A program made the position numbers and the translations under genes. Source: a virus (taxonomy: Duplodnaviria; Heunggongvirae; Uroviricota; Caudoviricetes). Taken from it: a stretch of 55,151 nucleotides of DNA. The notes under the pieces are model-generated. The model was given only the letters and a program-made list of their open reading frames with translations. It searched no databases and had not been told where the DNA came from. Positions 1 to 7,993 of this stretch are shown one piece after another (the first letter of the stretch is position 1; the number at the start of each line of letters is the position of its first letter). The stretch spans positions 1 through 55,151 of the IMG/VR virus record IMGVR_UViG_3300047392_000113. One strand, given 5' to 3'.

Positions 1-2
1 AC

Positions 3-122
3 ACCTTGGGTGCATTTAGTGTCCTGATTGCAGACATCGCTGCAGACCTGCCTAAGCACAAGCAAGCCGAAGTGATTCGCCAGCTGGAATCTCTCAAGGC
101 TCGACTGGCCACTATCGAATAA
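3..122 (+). CDS. 3' end of a hypothetical protein, truncated by the window edge
   Basis: Frame 3 is open from the edge (TLGAFSVLIADIAADLPKHKQAEVIRQLESLKARLATIE) to TAA at 120-122. Confidence 0.5.
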   Translation, partial: TLGAFSVLIADIAADLPKHKQAEVIRQLESLKARLATIE

Positions 123-154
123 CCCCCACAGGTTAGGGGTCATCCAGAAAACCC

Positions 155-182
155 TTGTCTTTTTGCACCACTGATGTATAAT
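155..182 (+). promoter_or_regulatory. sigma70-type early promoter
   Basis: TTGTCT (155-160), 16-nt spacer, TATAAT (177-182); preceded by a weak ACCCC/GGGGT stem at 122-140. Confidence 0.7.
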
Positions 183-208
183 AGACTCATAGTTTGAAAG
201 GAAGCAAA

Positions 209-448
209 ATGTCAGTAGAAGGTTTGATGTTGGATCTGGGAATGGAATTGTCCTTTGAGGACACGGTGCTGAATGTGGTAGAGAGTGTTACCAGCACCCG
301 TGCTTACTTTTTCAGTGGTACACTGTTCTTGGAGACTGAAGACTCTAAGATTGCAACTGATGTGTTTACTGCCTTGTGTGACCGTGTGACCCCTGCCATC
401 TCCTACGGCTTGTGTGGTCAATCTGAAACCTCTTACGATTTTATCTAA
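209..448 (+). CDS. hypothetical early protein
   Basis: Start moved from 194 to ATG 209, which follows the RBS AAGGAAGCAAA. Confidence 0.7.
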   Translation: MSVEGLMLDLGMELSFEDTVLNVVESVTSTRAYFFSGTLFLETEDSKIATDVFTALCDRVTPAISYGLCGQSETSYDFI

Positions 449-457
449 GGAAGCAAA

Positions 458-667
458 ATGAACGTAGTATACAAGACCAAGTCGGAGCAGCGAGTAGAGA
501 CCTCCGAGGCTATCCAAGCATTCCTAGCTAAGGGTGGATCTATCCAAGTCGTGCCTGCAAAGAAGCAACGTGGACGCACTAAGCAAAAGATGGCTACAAA
601 GTCATCTCGTGGTTTTCAAACTGGAAGTGCTGGTTTTGCTGTAGGTTATCCCACTCGCTCACTCTAA
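458..667 (+). CDS. basic hypothetical early protein
   Basis: 69-aa ORF with the same AAGGAAGCAAAATG RBS. Confidence 0.7.
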   Translation: MNVVYKTKSEQRVETSEAIQAFLAKGGSIQVVPAKKQRGRTKQKMATKSSRGFQTGSAGFAVGYPTRSL

Positions 668-680
668 TGGAGATTGCAAT

Positions 681-842
681 ATGGTTGGTTCTATTCGTAC
701 TTTTCTTGGCTTTCTTATTTGCTGGGGCGCAGTTGGTGGCATTGATAATAATAATGCCCTTGTTCCTTGCATGGCATTTGCGCTGGTTGGTCTTGGGATT
801 ATGTATAATGGTGTACTTGCTATGAATAGGCTAAACTCATGA
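681..842 (+). CDS. small two-helix membrane protein (53 aa, not in ORF track)
   Basis: GGAG at 669-672, ATG 681; MVGSIRTFLGFLICWGAVGGIDNNNALVPCMAFALVGLGIMYNGVLAMNRLNS. Confidence 0.6.
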   Translation: MVGSIRTFLGFLICWGAVGGIDNNNALVPCMAFALVGLGIMYNGVLAMNRLNS

Positions 843-941
843 AAATGTATTGAAGGGACTCCTACCCTTCGATCCAAAACGGTATAAACCAACGAGACTC
901 TTTTTTACAAAGGGACTCCTCTAAGATACACGGGACTCCTT

Positions 942-1181
942 ATGAAAAAGAAACTAACTGTAATAGACCATGGAACGATGGTTTTTACGCTAAAAGAAAA
1001 CATGGTTAAATGCGAACTTTTCGAGGGATATCTCTCGAATAAACTTGCTGCAACATTCTATGTACCTAGGGACTCCTACGATAAAATTTCTGTTCCCTCG
1101 GACATTGTACGGTACAGACTAAAGCACGATTTTAATATCGAGATCGGGCACTATTCTGTAACCAACAAAATTGAACATTAA
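942..1181 (+). CDS. hypothetical protein
   Basis: 79-aa ORF bracketed by GGGACTCCT copies. Confidence 0.55.
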   Translation: MKKKLTVIDHGTMVFTLKENMVKCELFEGYLSNKLAATFYVPRDSYDKISVPSDIVRYRLKHDFNIEIGHYSVTNKIEH

Positions 1182-1208
1182 GGGACTCCTCCCTAAGAAA
1201 GGCGATAT

Positions 1209-1472
1209 ATGACAGGATTTAAATCTAAAGTTGCAATGGCAAATTCTCGGGCGGGGACTCCTGCTCCACATTACTCTAATACTGATAATCCAGTAGATTT
1301 TCCTGTAGGGACTCCTGAGGATATTAACAGTGAATACTACTCATATCTCGACGATCTTCGAGATTCGGGGGTTACTAATATGTTTGGGGCTGCACCGTAT
1401 CTGGAACGTGAATTTGGTCTAGACCGTCGGGAAGCTAGGGATATTCTTCGTCAATGGATGGATTCATTTTAA
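1209..1472 (+). CDS. conserved phage hypothetical protein
   Basis: C-terminal LDDLRDSGVTNMFGAAPYL motif recalled from small phage proteins. Confidence 0.7.
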   Translation: MTGFKSKVAMANSRAGTPAPHYSNTDNPVDFPVGTPEDINSEYYSYLDDLRDSGVTNMFGAAPYLEREFGLDRREARDILRQWMDSF

Positions 1473-1483
1473 GGGACTCCTCT

Positions 1484-1582
1484 ATGGATGATCGAGCATT
1501 CTTTGCAGCTATTATAGCAATTTGCTTAGTGTTTACTGGGCATCCTATATTAGCAGTGTTGTTATTTTTATTTGTAGCGTAG
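1484..1582 (+). CDS. 32-aa hydrophobic peptide (not in ORF track)
   Basis: MDDRAFFAAIIAICLVFTGHPILAVLLFLFVA fills the gap between two GGGACTCCT copies exactly. Confidence 0.5.
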   Translation: MDDRAFFAAIIAICLVFTGHPILAVLLFLFVA

Positions 1583-1590
1583 GGACTCCT

Positions 1591-1824
1591 ATGAGTGACG
1601 AGGATTTGGGGCTTGTCCCTAGACACAAGATCGATATTGTACTGTTGCGTGCTCAGATTGAGTTGCTGCAGCGAGTAAATAAGTTGGTAGAATTATTGGA
1701 GAGTGAATATGGCAAACGTAAAGCAAGGGAATCTGACCAAGAGCCCACAGTGGTGGCGTCATCTAAAGGATTGGAAGCGAGTGTTTTGGAAGACAGAACG
1801 CAAGGCACAAAAGCGAGACATTAG
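1591..1824 (+). CDS. hypothetical protein
   Basis: Start moved from 1522 to ATG 1591, directly after GGGACTCCT (MSDEDLGLVPRH...). Confidence 0.55.
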   Translation: MSDEDLGLVPRHKIDIVLLRAQIELLQRVNKLVELLESEYGKRKARESDQEPTVVASSKGLEASVLEDRTQGTKARH

Positions 1825-1835
1825 GGAGAGACAGA

Positions 1836-2189
1836 ATGAGTCTTGATATTGATTTAATGGTAGTAAAACCAGTGTCAGTTTATGACGCTAATATTACGCA
1901 CAATCTTGGTCGTATGGCTGAGGCAGTTAAAATTGGTGCAGACTTTGGTAGTGAACTAACTCTCTACGATGTGATGTGGCGACCAGATGAACATGGGTTT
2001 AAGTTTGCCCGAGAAATTGCAGATTGGTTGGACTACGGATTTAATATGTTGTTGGCTGAACCCGAGACGTATAAGCAGCACAATCCTAGCAACGGCTGGG
2101 GTTCATATGACGGACTAGTGGACTTTGTTTACAAGTATCGTAACGCATGCTGGGATAATCCAGATGCAGAATTGCGGGTGTCACGATGA
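1836..2189 (+). CDS. conserved phage hypothetical protein
   Basis: GGGAG RBS; ITHNL and NGWGSYDGLVDF motifs. Confidence 0.7.
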   Translation: MSLDIDLMVVKPVSVYDANITHNLGRMAEAVKIGADFGSELTLYDVMWRPDEHGFKFAREIADWLDYGFNMLLAEPETYKQHNPSNGWGSYDGLVDFVYKYRNACWDNPDAELRVSR

Positions 2190-2240
2190 GACGTGGAATA
2201 TTTCGGGGACTTCTCCGTGAATTTTTTAGAGGATATAAAG

Positions 2241-2441
2241 ATGGCAAAAGGTCTTGAACTTGACTTTGAGGTTGCAGATAAAATTGCATTGGCTTCTATG
2301 AAGGATCATCTAAAGTATCTTAATAAAGAAGTGCGTGATCATGAGACAAGGGGTTCATATATGCACCCAGAAGATTATGCTAATTCTAAGTTAAAATTGA
2401 TTCCTTCACTAGAGACTCTTATTTCATACTACGGTGGATAG
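2241..2441 (+). CDS. hypothetical protein
   Basis: Start moved to ATG 2241 after AGAGGA. Confidence 0.6.
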   Translation: MAKGLELDFEVADKIALASMKDHLKYLNKEVRDHETRGSYMHPEDYANSKLKLIPSLETLISYYGG

Positions 2442-2444
2442 TGC

Positions 2445-2473
2445 TTGACTTTTGTAAAGAGTTGAGGTATAAT
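2445..2473 (+). promoter_or_regulatory. sigma70-type promoter
   Basis: TTGACT, 17 nt, TATAAT. Confidence 0.85.
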
Positions 2474-2474
2474 A

Positions 2475-2594
2475 ATGACTTATAGAAAGTATTACTGGAC
2501 ACATGCTCGTCGTCAGATTAGCGTGGCTCTAGAAATGATTTGGTACGGGGTGATTCTTGATCGAGGTCACCACTCAACTTGGAAAAAGAAATGA
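2475..2594 (+). CDS. possible 39-aa peptide
   Basis: MTYRKYYWTHARRQISVALEMIWYGVILDRGHHSTWKKK; its stop overlaps the next ATG (ATGA), but its ATG sits only 1 nt after the -10 box. Confidence 0.35.
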   Translation: MTYRKYYWTHARRQISVALEMIWYGVILDRGHHSTWKKK

Positions 2595-2908
2595 ACATCG
2601 CTATTGATTTTGATGACACTTATACTCGTGACCCAGCAATGTGGGACAAGTTTATTGGCTTGGCTCAACTAAGTGGTCACAAGGTATATTGCGTAACTGC
2701 TCGTGCACAAGATTACGATGCAGAAGTTCTTGGATCGATTGGTCGAGTTGTTGGTGTAGGTAATTGTTACTTTACTGCAATGCAAGGCAAGCGTGCATAC
2801 ATGTACGCCAATAACATTAACATCCATGTGTGGATTGACGACACTCCAGATATGATTGTTCGTGGTATCGAAGTTGAACATAACGATGGACAGATTTATC
2901 TACCATGA
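2591..2908 (+). CDS. HAD-superfamily phosphatase-like protein
   Basis: IAIDFDDT (motif I), VTAR (motif II), WIDD (motif IV). Confidence 0.7.
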   Translation: MNIAIDFDDTYTRDPAMWDKFIGLAQLSGHKVYCVTARAQDYDAEVLGSIGRVVGVGNCYFTAMQGKRAYMYANNINIHVWIDDTPDMIVRGIEVEHNDGQIYLP

Positions 2909-3060
2909 GCGACGAAGAAGTAATTAAATTCTACAATGAACTAGAAGAACACTACGGTGATCGTCTAGTAAACTTTGAGCATCATCCAAGGCAATTTGCC
3001 CATCAGGTTCTACTTTATCGTTATTACATAAATAAAGAATCTAACACGGAGCAATCATGA
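2905..3060 (+). CDS. small hypothetical protein (51 aa, not in ORF track)
   Basis: MSDEEVIKFYNELEEHYGDRLVNFEHHPRQFAHQVLLYRYY...; ATGA overlaps at both ends. Confidence 0.6.
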   Translation: MSDEEVIKFYNELEEHYGDRLVNFEHHPRQFAHQVLLYRYYINKESNTEQS

Positions 3061-3314
3061 AGAGTTTAACCAGCTGGAAAGTATATGAGTACACTACGAA
3101 TACTGGCGTAGTAAATAGAGTTGTTGTGGGGCTTGATACCGACATTGGTGCAGGTATCGTTGAAGACGTAACTTCTAGTGGTGAAGGAACTATCAATGAC
3201 TATAAGTTGTATGGTGGAGCCAATCATTATTTTGAAGGCGCTCAACAGTTGTGGTTAGAATATTGCACCAAGCATGATGTTAATTCTATCAAGGATGTTT
3301 CCGATAATTATTAA
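3057..3314 (+). CDS. hypothetical protein
   Basis: 85-aa ORF coupled to the upstream ORF, GGAG RBS. Confidence 0.6.
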   Translation: MKSLTSWKVYEYTTNTGVVNRVVVGLDTDIGAGIVEDVTSSGEGTINDYKLYGGANHYFEGAQQLWLEYCTKHDVNSIKDVSDNY

Positions 3315-3330
3315 GTGAAAAGAGTTTGTT

Positions 3331-4263
3331 ATGAAAATTGGTGTTTGCTCAGATCTCCATCTAGAGTTTGGTGATCTGAATATAAAGAATGAAGATAATG
3401 TTGATGTTCTGATTCTGTCAGGTGACATCCTTGTCGAACGAGACCTGTCTATGTACGATCGTCGTCAGATGGAGATGGGTTTTATGCAGGCACGTTCAGT
3501 TCGTTTCCACGAATTCTTCCAACGTGTTTGTTTCCAATTCCCCCATGTAATCTACGTTGCTGGCAATCATGAGCATTACCATGGCGACTTCAAGTTCACA
3601 ATCAGCGAACTAAAGCGTAAGTTGGGTCATCATAAAAACCTACACATCTTGGATCGTGAAGTATTCGAACTTGATGATGTGCGTTTTATCGGCTCTACTC
3701 TTTGGACTGATATGAACAAAGAAGACCCATTGACGCTGCATGCGATGAAAAAGATGATGAACGATTTTCGTTGCGTTCAGAATTCTAACAAAGAAGTCAA
3801 CTTCAGAACAACTGAACCTGTTGATAAGCCTGTTGGAATGACTGACGCTGAATGGATTGCACAACCTCATGAGAAACGTGTCAAGACAGTCTTTAAAACA
3901 CGCACTGCTACATTCTCTCCAGAGGATGCAGTTGAAGAACACAAAAAGTGTCTTGGTTACATCAAGACTGTGTACGAAGACACGCCTCCTTGGAAGTCTA
4001 TTGTAGTTGTTGGTCACCATACTCCATCTCATACTTCTTGCCATCCACGTTACAAGGATGACCAGATTATGAATGGTGGATACCACAGCGACTTGTCTGA
4101 GTTTATCTTGGATCGTCCAGGAATCAAACTTTGGACACATGGTCATACACATGAGTTGTTTGACTACATGATTGGCAGTACTCGTGTTGTTTGCAACCCA
4201 CGTGGTTACGATGGTTACGAAGATATTGCTGATACTTTTAAATTGAAAGTGGTTGAATTATGA
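3331..4263 (+). CDS. calcineurin-like metallophosphoesterase
   Basis: SDLHLE, SGD, GNHE, GHH and HGHTH metal-binding motifs. Confidence 0.9.
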   Translation: MKIGVCSDLHLEFGDLNIKNEDNVDVLILSGDILVERDLSMYDRRQMEMGFMQARSVRFHEFFQRVCFQFPHVIYVAGNHEHYHGDFKFTISELKRKLGHHKNLHILDREVFELDDVRFIGSTLWTDMNKEDPLTLHAMKKMMNDFRCVQNSNKEVNFRTTEPVDKPVGMTDAEWIAQPHEKRVKTVFKTRTATFSPEDAVEEHKKCLGYIKTVYEDTPPWKSIVVVGHHTPSHTSCHPRYKDDQIMNGGYHSDLSEFILDRPGIKLWTHGHTHELFDYMIGSTRVVCNPRGYDGYEDIADTFKLKVVEL

Positions 4264-4604
4264 GTACATATACACCCGACAGTTGGGTTATGCTTAAGAT
4301 AACCTATAAAGGTGAACCTACCTACAAAATTCTTGCAGGATGGGGTGGTAGTTATCTTTATGGTGCATCTTGGAAATTAAACAGTGGAGTCACCCGAGTT
4401 GAAGACAACGGTGATTTCTACTCGTTCTATGGTTACAGTGGCAGCGTCTACGAATGTCGTAAAAATTCCTATGGTCTTTCTGGGTACACTGCTGGTATAT
4501 TAGATTCCTTCTATAAACAAGCAGAAGACAATGATGACGTCAAAATTGAGTGTCTGCACGAAGACCAGACCGATTTTATGAACATTCACTATGCCGACAA
4601 TTAA
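4260..4604 (+). CDS. conserved phage hypothetical protein
   Basis: YTPDSW...GWGGSYLYGASWKLNSG motif; coupled to the upstream gene. Confidence 0.7.
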   Translation: MSTYTPDSWVMLKITYKGEPTYKILAGWGGSYLYGASWKLNSGVTRVEDNGDFYSFYGYSGSVYECRKNSYGLSGYTAGILDSFYKQAEDNDDVKIECLHEDQTDFMNIHYADN

Positions 4605-4887
4605 ACTAGAGACTGATCCATCCACTGGAGATTTAATTTTACCACTTTCTGATGAATTAATGAAGGAAGTTGGTTGGAAAATCGGTGACACGATCCGTTG
4701 GACTGAAAAGAAAGACGGATCGTGGCATTTAACTAAGGTAAATGAGCAGTTAGATTTGTTTGATGAGAAAGATGAAGCTGTTTTAGAGTTGCTAAAAGAA
4801 AATCAGCGACTAAAAACACAAATTGAACACCTTAATAGTGAAATTACCGAATATAAAAAGACACTTGACATTGATGATTGGAAATAA
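4591..4887 (+). CDS. AbrB/MazE/SpoVT-type DNA-binding protein with C-terminal coiled coil
   Basis: GDLILPLSDELMKEVGWKIGDTIRW fits the swapped-hairpin AbrB signature. Confidence 0.65.
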   Translation: MPTIKLETDPSTGDLILPLSDELMKEVGWKIGDTIRWTEKKDGSWHLTKVNEQLDLFDEKDEAVLELLKENQRLKTQIEHLNSEITEYKKTLDIDDWK

Positions 4888-4888
4888 A

Positions 4889-5260
4889 ATGAGCAAAACA
4901 TTCACAGACGTATCAGTTTTTCTTACTGCAGTTGGTCAAAGCACCCCATCCAAGCCGATTGGTGAGACTGATCAGTCAAAATTGTATAAAAAACTGATTG
5001 ATGAGGAATATCAAGAGTTTTTAGAAGCATTTTACACTGCTGACACTGCTGAAGAGATTGATGCATGCTTCGATATGATGTGGGTTATCATTGGATATAT
5101 GAAATCACGTGGTTGGGATTGCGAAAATATCTGGGATGAGGGTGCAAAATCCAATTTATCCAAAATTGACCCCACTACTGGGCTTGTTCGTCGTCGTGAA
5201 GACGGTAAAATCCTGAAACCAGAAGGCTGGCAACCACCAAACTTCAAAAAATTCGTCTAA
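4889..5260 (+). CDS. MazG-like / PRA-PH family NTP pyrophosphohydrolase
   Basis: LIDEEYQEF...EEIDACFD acidic metal-binding helices; SNLSK...REDGKILKP; start moved to 4889. Confidence 0.8.
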   Translation: MSKTFTDVSVFLTAVGQSTPSKPIGETDQSKLYKKLIDEEYQEFLEAFYTADTAEEIDACFDMMWVIIGYMKSRGWDCENIWDEGAKSNLSKIDPTTGLVRRREDGKILKPEGWQPPNFKKFV

Positions 5261-5264
5261 GGTG

Positions 5265-5293
5265 TTGTCTTGCAAGATTTTACACGGTATAAT
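5265..5293 (+). promoter_or_regulatory. sigma70-type promoter, probably giving a leaderless mRNA
   Basis: TTGTCT, 17 nt, TATAAT; ATG 6 nt downstream. Confidence 0.8.
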
Positions 5294-5299
5294 TACCCT

Positions 5300-5788
5300 A
5301 TGATTACACTTTACCTTGATATGGACGGTGTCCTTGCTGACTTCAACAAGGAATACACCAAATTTGACCCCAAAAAAGAAGATCGAAAGAAATTTCGTGA
5401 CTCTGTTTTTACTCACAAAATCTTCGAAAAGCTGGATTTCATGCCAGATGCGCAAGAATTGCTTAATCACGTGTCAAAACTGCATGGAATTGACATTCAG
5501 ATTCTTACTTCGATGGGCACTCATGAGGCTCAACAAGCAAACGAAGCAAAAAGCCAAAAATTGGTTTGGTTGAATATGAAAAATATTCCCTACAAAGCCA
5601 ATTTTGTTCATAACAAAGAAGAAAAGGCGAAATACGCTACACCTACATCAATCCTTGTTGATGACTCTTCTGGTTGTATTGGTCCATTTATTGCTGCTGG
5701 TGGACATGGTATTCTACATTCCCATTCTAGCGAGACAATTCGTATTCTCGACTCTACCATTCTCCAACTGAAAGCAATTAATGCTTGA
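5300..5788 (+). CDS. HAD 5'(3')-deoxyribonucleotidase (NT5C-like)
   Basis: LYLDMDGVLADF and ILVDD motifs; start moved to ATG 5300. Confidence 0.8.
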   Translation: MITLYLDMDGVLADFNKEYTKFDPKKEDRKKFRDSVFTHKIFEKLDFMPDAQELLNHVSKLHGIDIQILTSMGTHEAQQANEAKSQKLVWLNMKNIPYKANFVHNKEEKAKYATPTSILVDDSSGCIGPFIAAGGHGILHSHSSETIRILDSTILQLKAINA

Positions 5789-6068
5789 TCTTTTTAAACC
5801 TACTTTTGACTGGATTCGTGATGATTTTAAGTCTAACCCAGTTCGCTTTGCTATTGAGTTGCTTGCTTGGGCTATTAGTATTGGATGTAGTATTACTATG
5901 GCGAGCACAGTCCCAAACCCACCGTTGCTTACTCTTTATCCTATTTGGATTACTGGTTGTGCCTTGTATGCTTGGGCTGCTTGGACTCGGAAATCTTTTG
6001 GCATGTTGGCTAACTACATTTTGTTGACAACTATTGATACTATCGGTTTGATTAGGATGTTATTCTGA
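5781..6068 (+). CDS. membrane protein
   Basis: Three hydrophobic segments. Confidence 0.7.
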   Translation: MLDLFKPTFDWIRDDFKSNPVRFAIELLAWAISIGCSITMASTVPNPPLLTLYPIWITGCALYAWAAWTRKSFGMLANYILLTTIDTIGLIRMLF

Positions 6069-6331
6069 TGCAATTAACTAGTAAAAAACTTTATCCATCT
6101 GTCCCACAACTGCAAGTGCCACTACCTGTGATTCCTGTTGACTTTGTTAAACCATTGTCATACGAATTTCGTGTAGCAGAAATTATTAACGATGAAGGTA
6201 AGATTGAAACTGTCAAGCTGCAAATGCAAATTTGGGAGCATGACGAATTTGGATCTGGTACAGTAAAACAATATTGGTCTGATGTGCCTCGACAAAAATT
6301 TGATAAAAATGGCGTGTTGTTAATGCCATGA
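6068..6331 (+). CDS. hypothetical protein
   Basis: TGATG stop/start overlap with the upstream gene. Confidence 0.6.
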   Translation: MQLTSKKLYPSVPQLQVPLPVIPVDFVKPLSYEFRVAEIINDEGKIETVKLQMQIWEHDEFGSGTVKQYWSDVPRQKFDKNGVLLMP

Positions 6332-6501
6332 ATAAGTGGTCCATATCTAAGTGGTGGAGATTGTGGGCAAAAGCGATAGGTGAGAAAAGTAGTTCCCACG
6401 ATTGGGAAGCAGATAAGATTGCTTATATTCGTACTGCTATTGTTCTCTGTTATATTATCACAAATTTTTTTATTATCGCAGGTGTTATACATCACTGGTA
6501 A
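6328..6501 (+). CDS. small conserved phage membrane protein (57 aa, not in ORF track)
   Basis: WRLWAKAIGEK...EADKIAYIRTAIVLCYIITNFFIIAGVIHHW. Confidence 0.7.
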   Translation: MNKWSISKWWRLWAKAIGEKSSSHDWEADKIAYIRTAIVLCYIITNFFIIAGVIHHW

Positions 6502-6508
6502 TTAGTCC

Positions 6509-6537
6509 TTGACTTTAATGCAATTTTCAGGTATAAT
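6509..6537 (+). promoter_or_regulatory. sigma70-type promoter, probably giving a leaderless uvsE mRNA
   Basis: TTGACT, 17 nt, TATAAT; ATG 6 nt downstream and no SD. Confidence 0.85.
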
Positions 6538-6543
6538 AAACCT

Positions 6544-7581
6544 ATGACTACATTACACACACCAAAAATCGGTTTTGCCTGCAAGTGGATTGATAACGCT
6601 ACTCAAGTTGATGGCATTGGTCCAAAAGATGACGCACGCAAATACAGCACTGGCACTACAACTATTGCGTGGCTCAATCGTCAAAGCGTAGACGTTGCTG
6701 AACAAAAACTCTGGGATTTGACCAAACAAAACCTTCAGAATGTATTGAACCTTGTACTCAAAGTTTCAACCTTGCCAGAAGGTTTACGCATGGTTCGCCT
6801 TTCCAGCGAAATTTTACCAGTCTACACCCATGCTGACTGGAGTTACTTTTACAAACGTCCAGATATCCTAAAACTTATGGAATACTGCTTTGCTAAAATT
6901 GGCGAAGTAGCACGCACGAACAATGTTCGTCTTTCTTTCCATCCTGGCCAGTTCACTGTGCTTGCTTCTGAAAATGCTGGTATTGTTAATAACTCTATTG
7001 ACGAATTCGAGTATCATGCAGACATGGCACGTATGATGGGTTACGGTAAAACATTTCAAGACTTTAAAATTAACGTTCACATTTCTGGTAAACTTGGTCC
7101 AGAAGGTATTCGTGCAGCTTACAAACGTCTTTCTCCAGAAGCACGCAATTGTATCACTATCGAAAACGAAGAAAATGCTTGGGGTCTTGATGATGCATTA
7201 TCTCTCAGCGATCTACTTCCTATTGTGTTAGATGTTCACCATCACTGGTGTCGTGAAGGTGAATACATTGCGCCTACCGACGATCGTGTTAAACGTGTTA
7301 TTGATTCTTGGCGTGGTGTACGTCCAACTATGCATTACAGCGTTAGTCGTGAGGATTATCTGGTCGGTCACAGCAAAGATGTTGAGCCTGACTATGCCTC
7401 TTTATTAGCTAGTGGTTATAAAAAAGCAAAGCTGCGTGCTCATAGTGACTTCTACTGGAACAATGAAGTAAATGCTTGGGTTCTTGGTTTCTTACCAACA
7501 CACGATATTATGTGCGAATCAAAAGCAAAAAATCTAGCTAGTTTTTCTTTGTATGAGGCATCAAAACAATTTTACGCATAA
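6544..7581 (+). CDS. uvsE: UV-damage endonuclease (UVDE family)
   Basis: RLSSE, RLSFHPGQFTVLAS, ITIENEE, VLDVHH, MHYS and AHSD motifs. Confidence 0.92.
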   Translation: MTTLHTPKIGFACKWIDNATQVDGIGPKDDARKYSTGTTTIAWLNRQSVDVAEQKLWDLTKQNLQNVLNLVLKVSTLPEGLRMVRLSSEILPVYTHADWSYFYKRPDILKLMEYCFAKIGEVARTNNVRLSFHPGQFTVLASENAGIVNNSIDEFEYHADMARMMGYGKTFQDFKINVHISGKLGPEGIRAAYKRLSPEARNCITIENEENAWGLDDALSLSDLLPIVLDVHHHWCREGEYIAPTDDRVKRVIDSWRGVRPTMHYSVSREDYLVGHSKDVEPDYASLLASGYKKAKLRAHSDFYWNNEVNAWVLGFLPTHDIMCESKAKNLASFSLYEASKQFYA

Positions 7582-7584
7582 ATA
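7577..7584 (+). promoter_or_regulatory. T4-type late promoter variant
   Basis: CATAAATA upstream of the 7602-9390 genes. Confidence 0.55.
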
Positions 7585-7601
7585 CAGTGTAAGGAGATAT
7601 T

Positions 7602-7844
7602 ATGCCGACGTATGAATTTCGTAACAAATTAACTGGCGAAGTCACAGAGCACTTTATGAAGATGAGTGCTAAGGATGATTTTCTCGCCACAAACCCCCAT
7701 CTTGAACAAACATTAACGCAAGCACCTGCGTTTGCGGGTGATCATATCACGCTCAAGAAAGATACAGGGTTTAAGGAGGTGCTACAAAAAATTAGTGAAA
7801 GAAACCCACGCAACGATTTACACAAAACTTCTTCTCAATTATAA
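7602..7844 (+). CDS. FmdB-like small protein (Cys-free variant)
   Basis: MPTYEFRNKLTGE N-terminus; AAGGAG RBS. Confidence 0.65.
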   Translation: MPTYEFRNKLTGEVTEHFMKMSAKDDFLATNPHLEQTLTQAPAFAGDHITLKKDTGFKEVLQKISERNPRNDLHKTSSQL

Positions 7845-7852
7845 GGAGTAGT

Positions 7853-7984
7853 ATGGCAGTTAATAAAAAAACTGGTAAGATAGTCCGACCAAAAACTCTT
7901 GGGCAGAAAATTAAAGCTGCTTCTACCAGAGCATCAAATAGAATCTCTGGTAAAACAAAACCAAGAAAACCAAAAACGAAATAA
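7853..7984 (+). CDS. 43-aa highly basic peptide (not in ORF track)
   Basis: AAGGAG RBS; MAVNKKTGKIVRPKTLGQKIKAASTRASNRISGKTKPRKPKTK. Confidence 0.65.
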   Translation: MAVNKKTGKIVRPKTLGQKIKAASTRASNRISGKTKPRKPKTK

Positions 7985-7993
7985 GGGGATTAA

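Larger units (their letters stand above)
855..1590 (+). repeat. dispersed direct repeat GGGACTCCT, 9 copies
   Basis: Exact copies start at 855, 912, 932, 1069, 1182, 1254, 1308, 1473 and 1582, all on the + strand; a degenerate GAGACTCTT lies at 894. Confidence 0.95.

Noticed and set aside
667-825. Hydrophobic ORF MEIAIWLVLF... overlapping 681-842
   Set aside because: No RBS of its own; the 681 frame has a well-spaced GGAG and a more protein-like sequence.
855-1590. CRISPR array or mini-array from GGGACTCCT repeats
   Set aside because: The repeat is only 9 nt, spacing is 20-165 nt and irregular, and the intervening DNA is coding.
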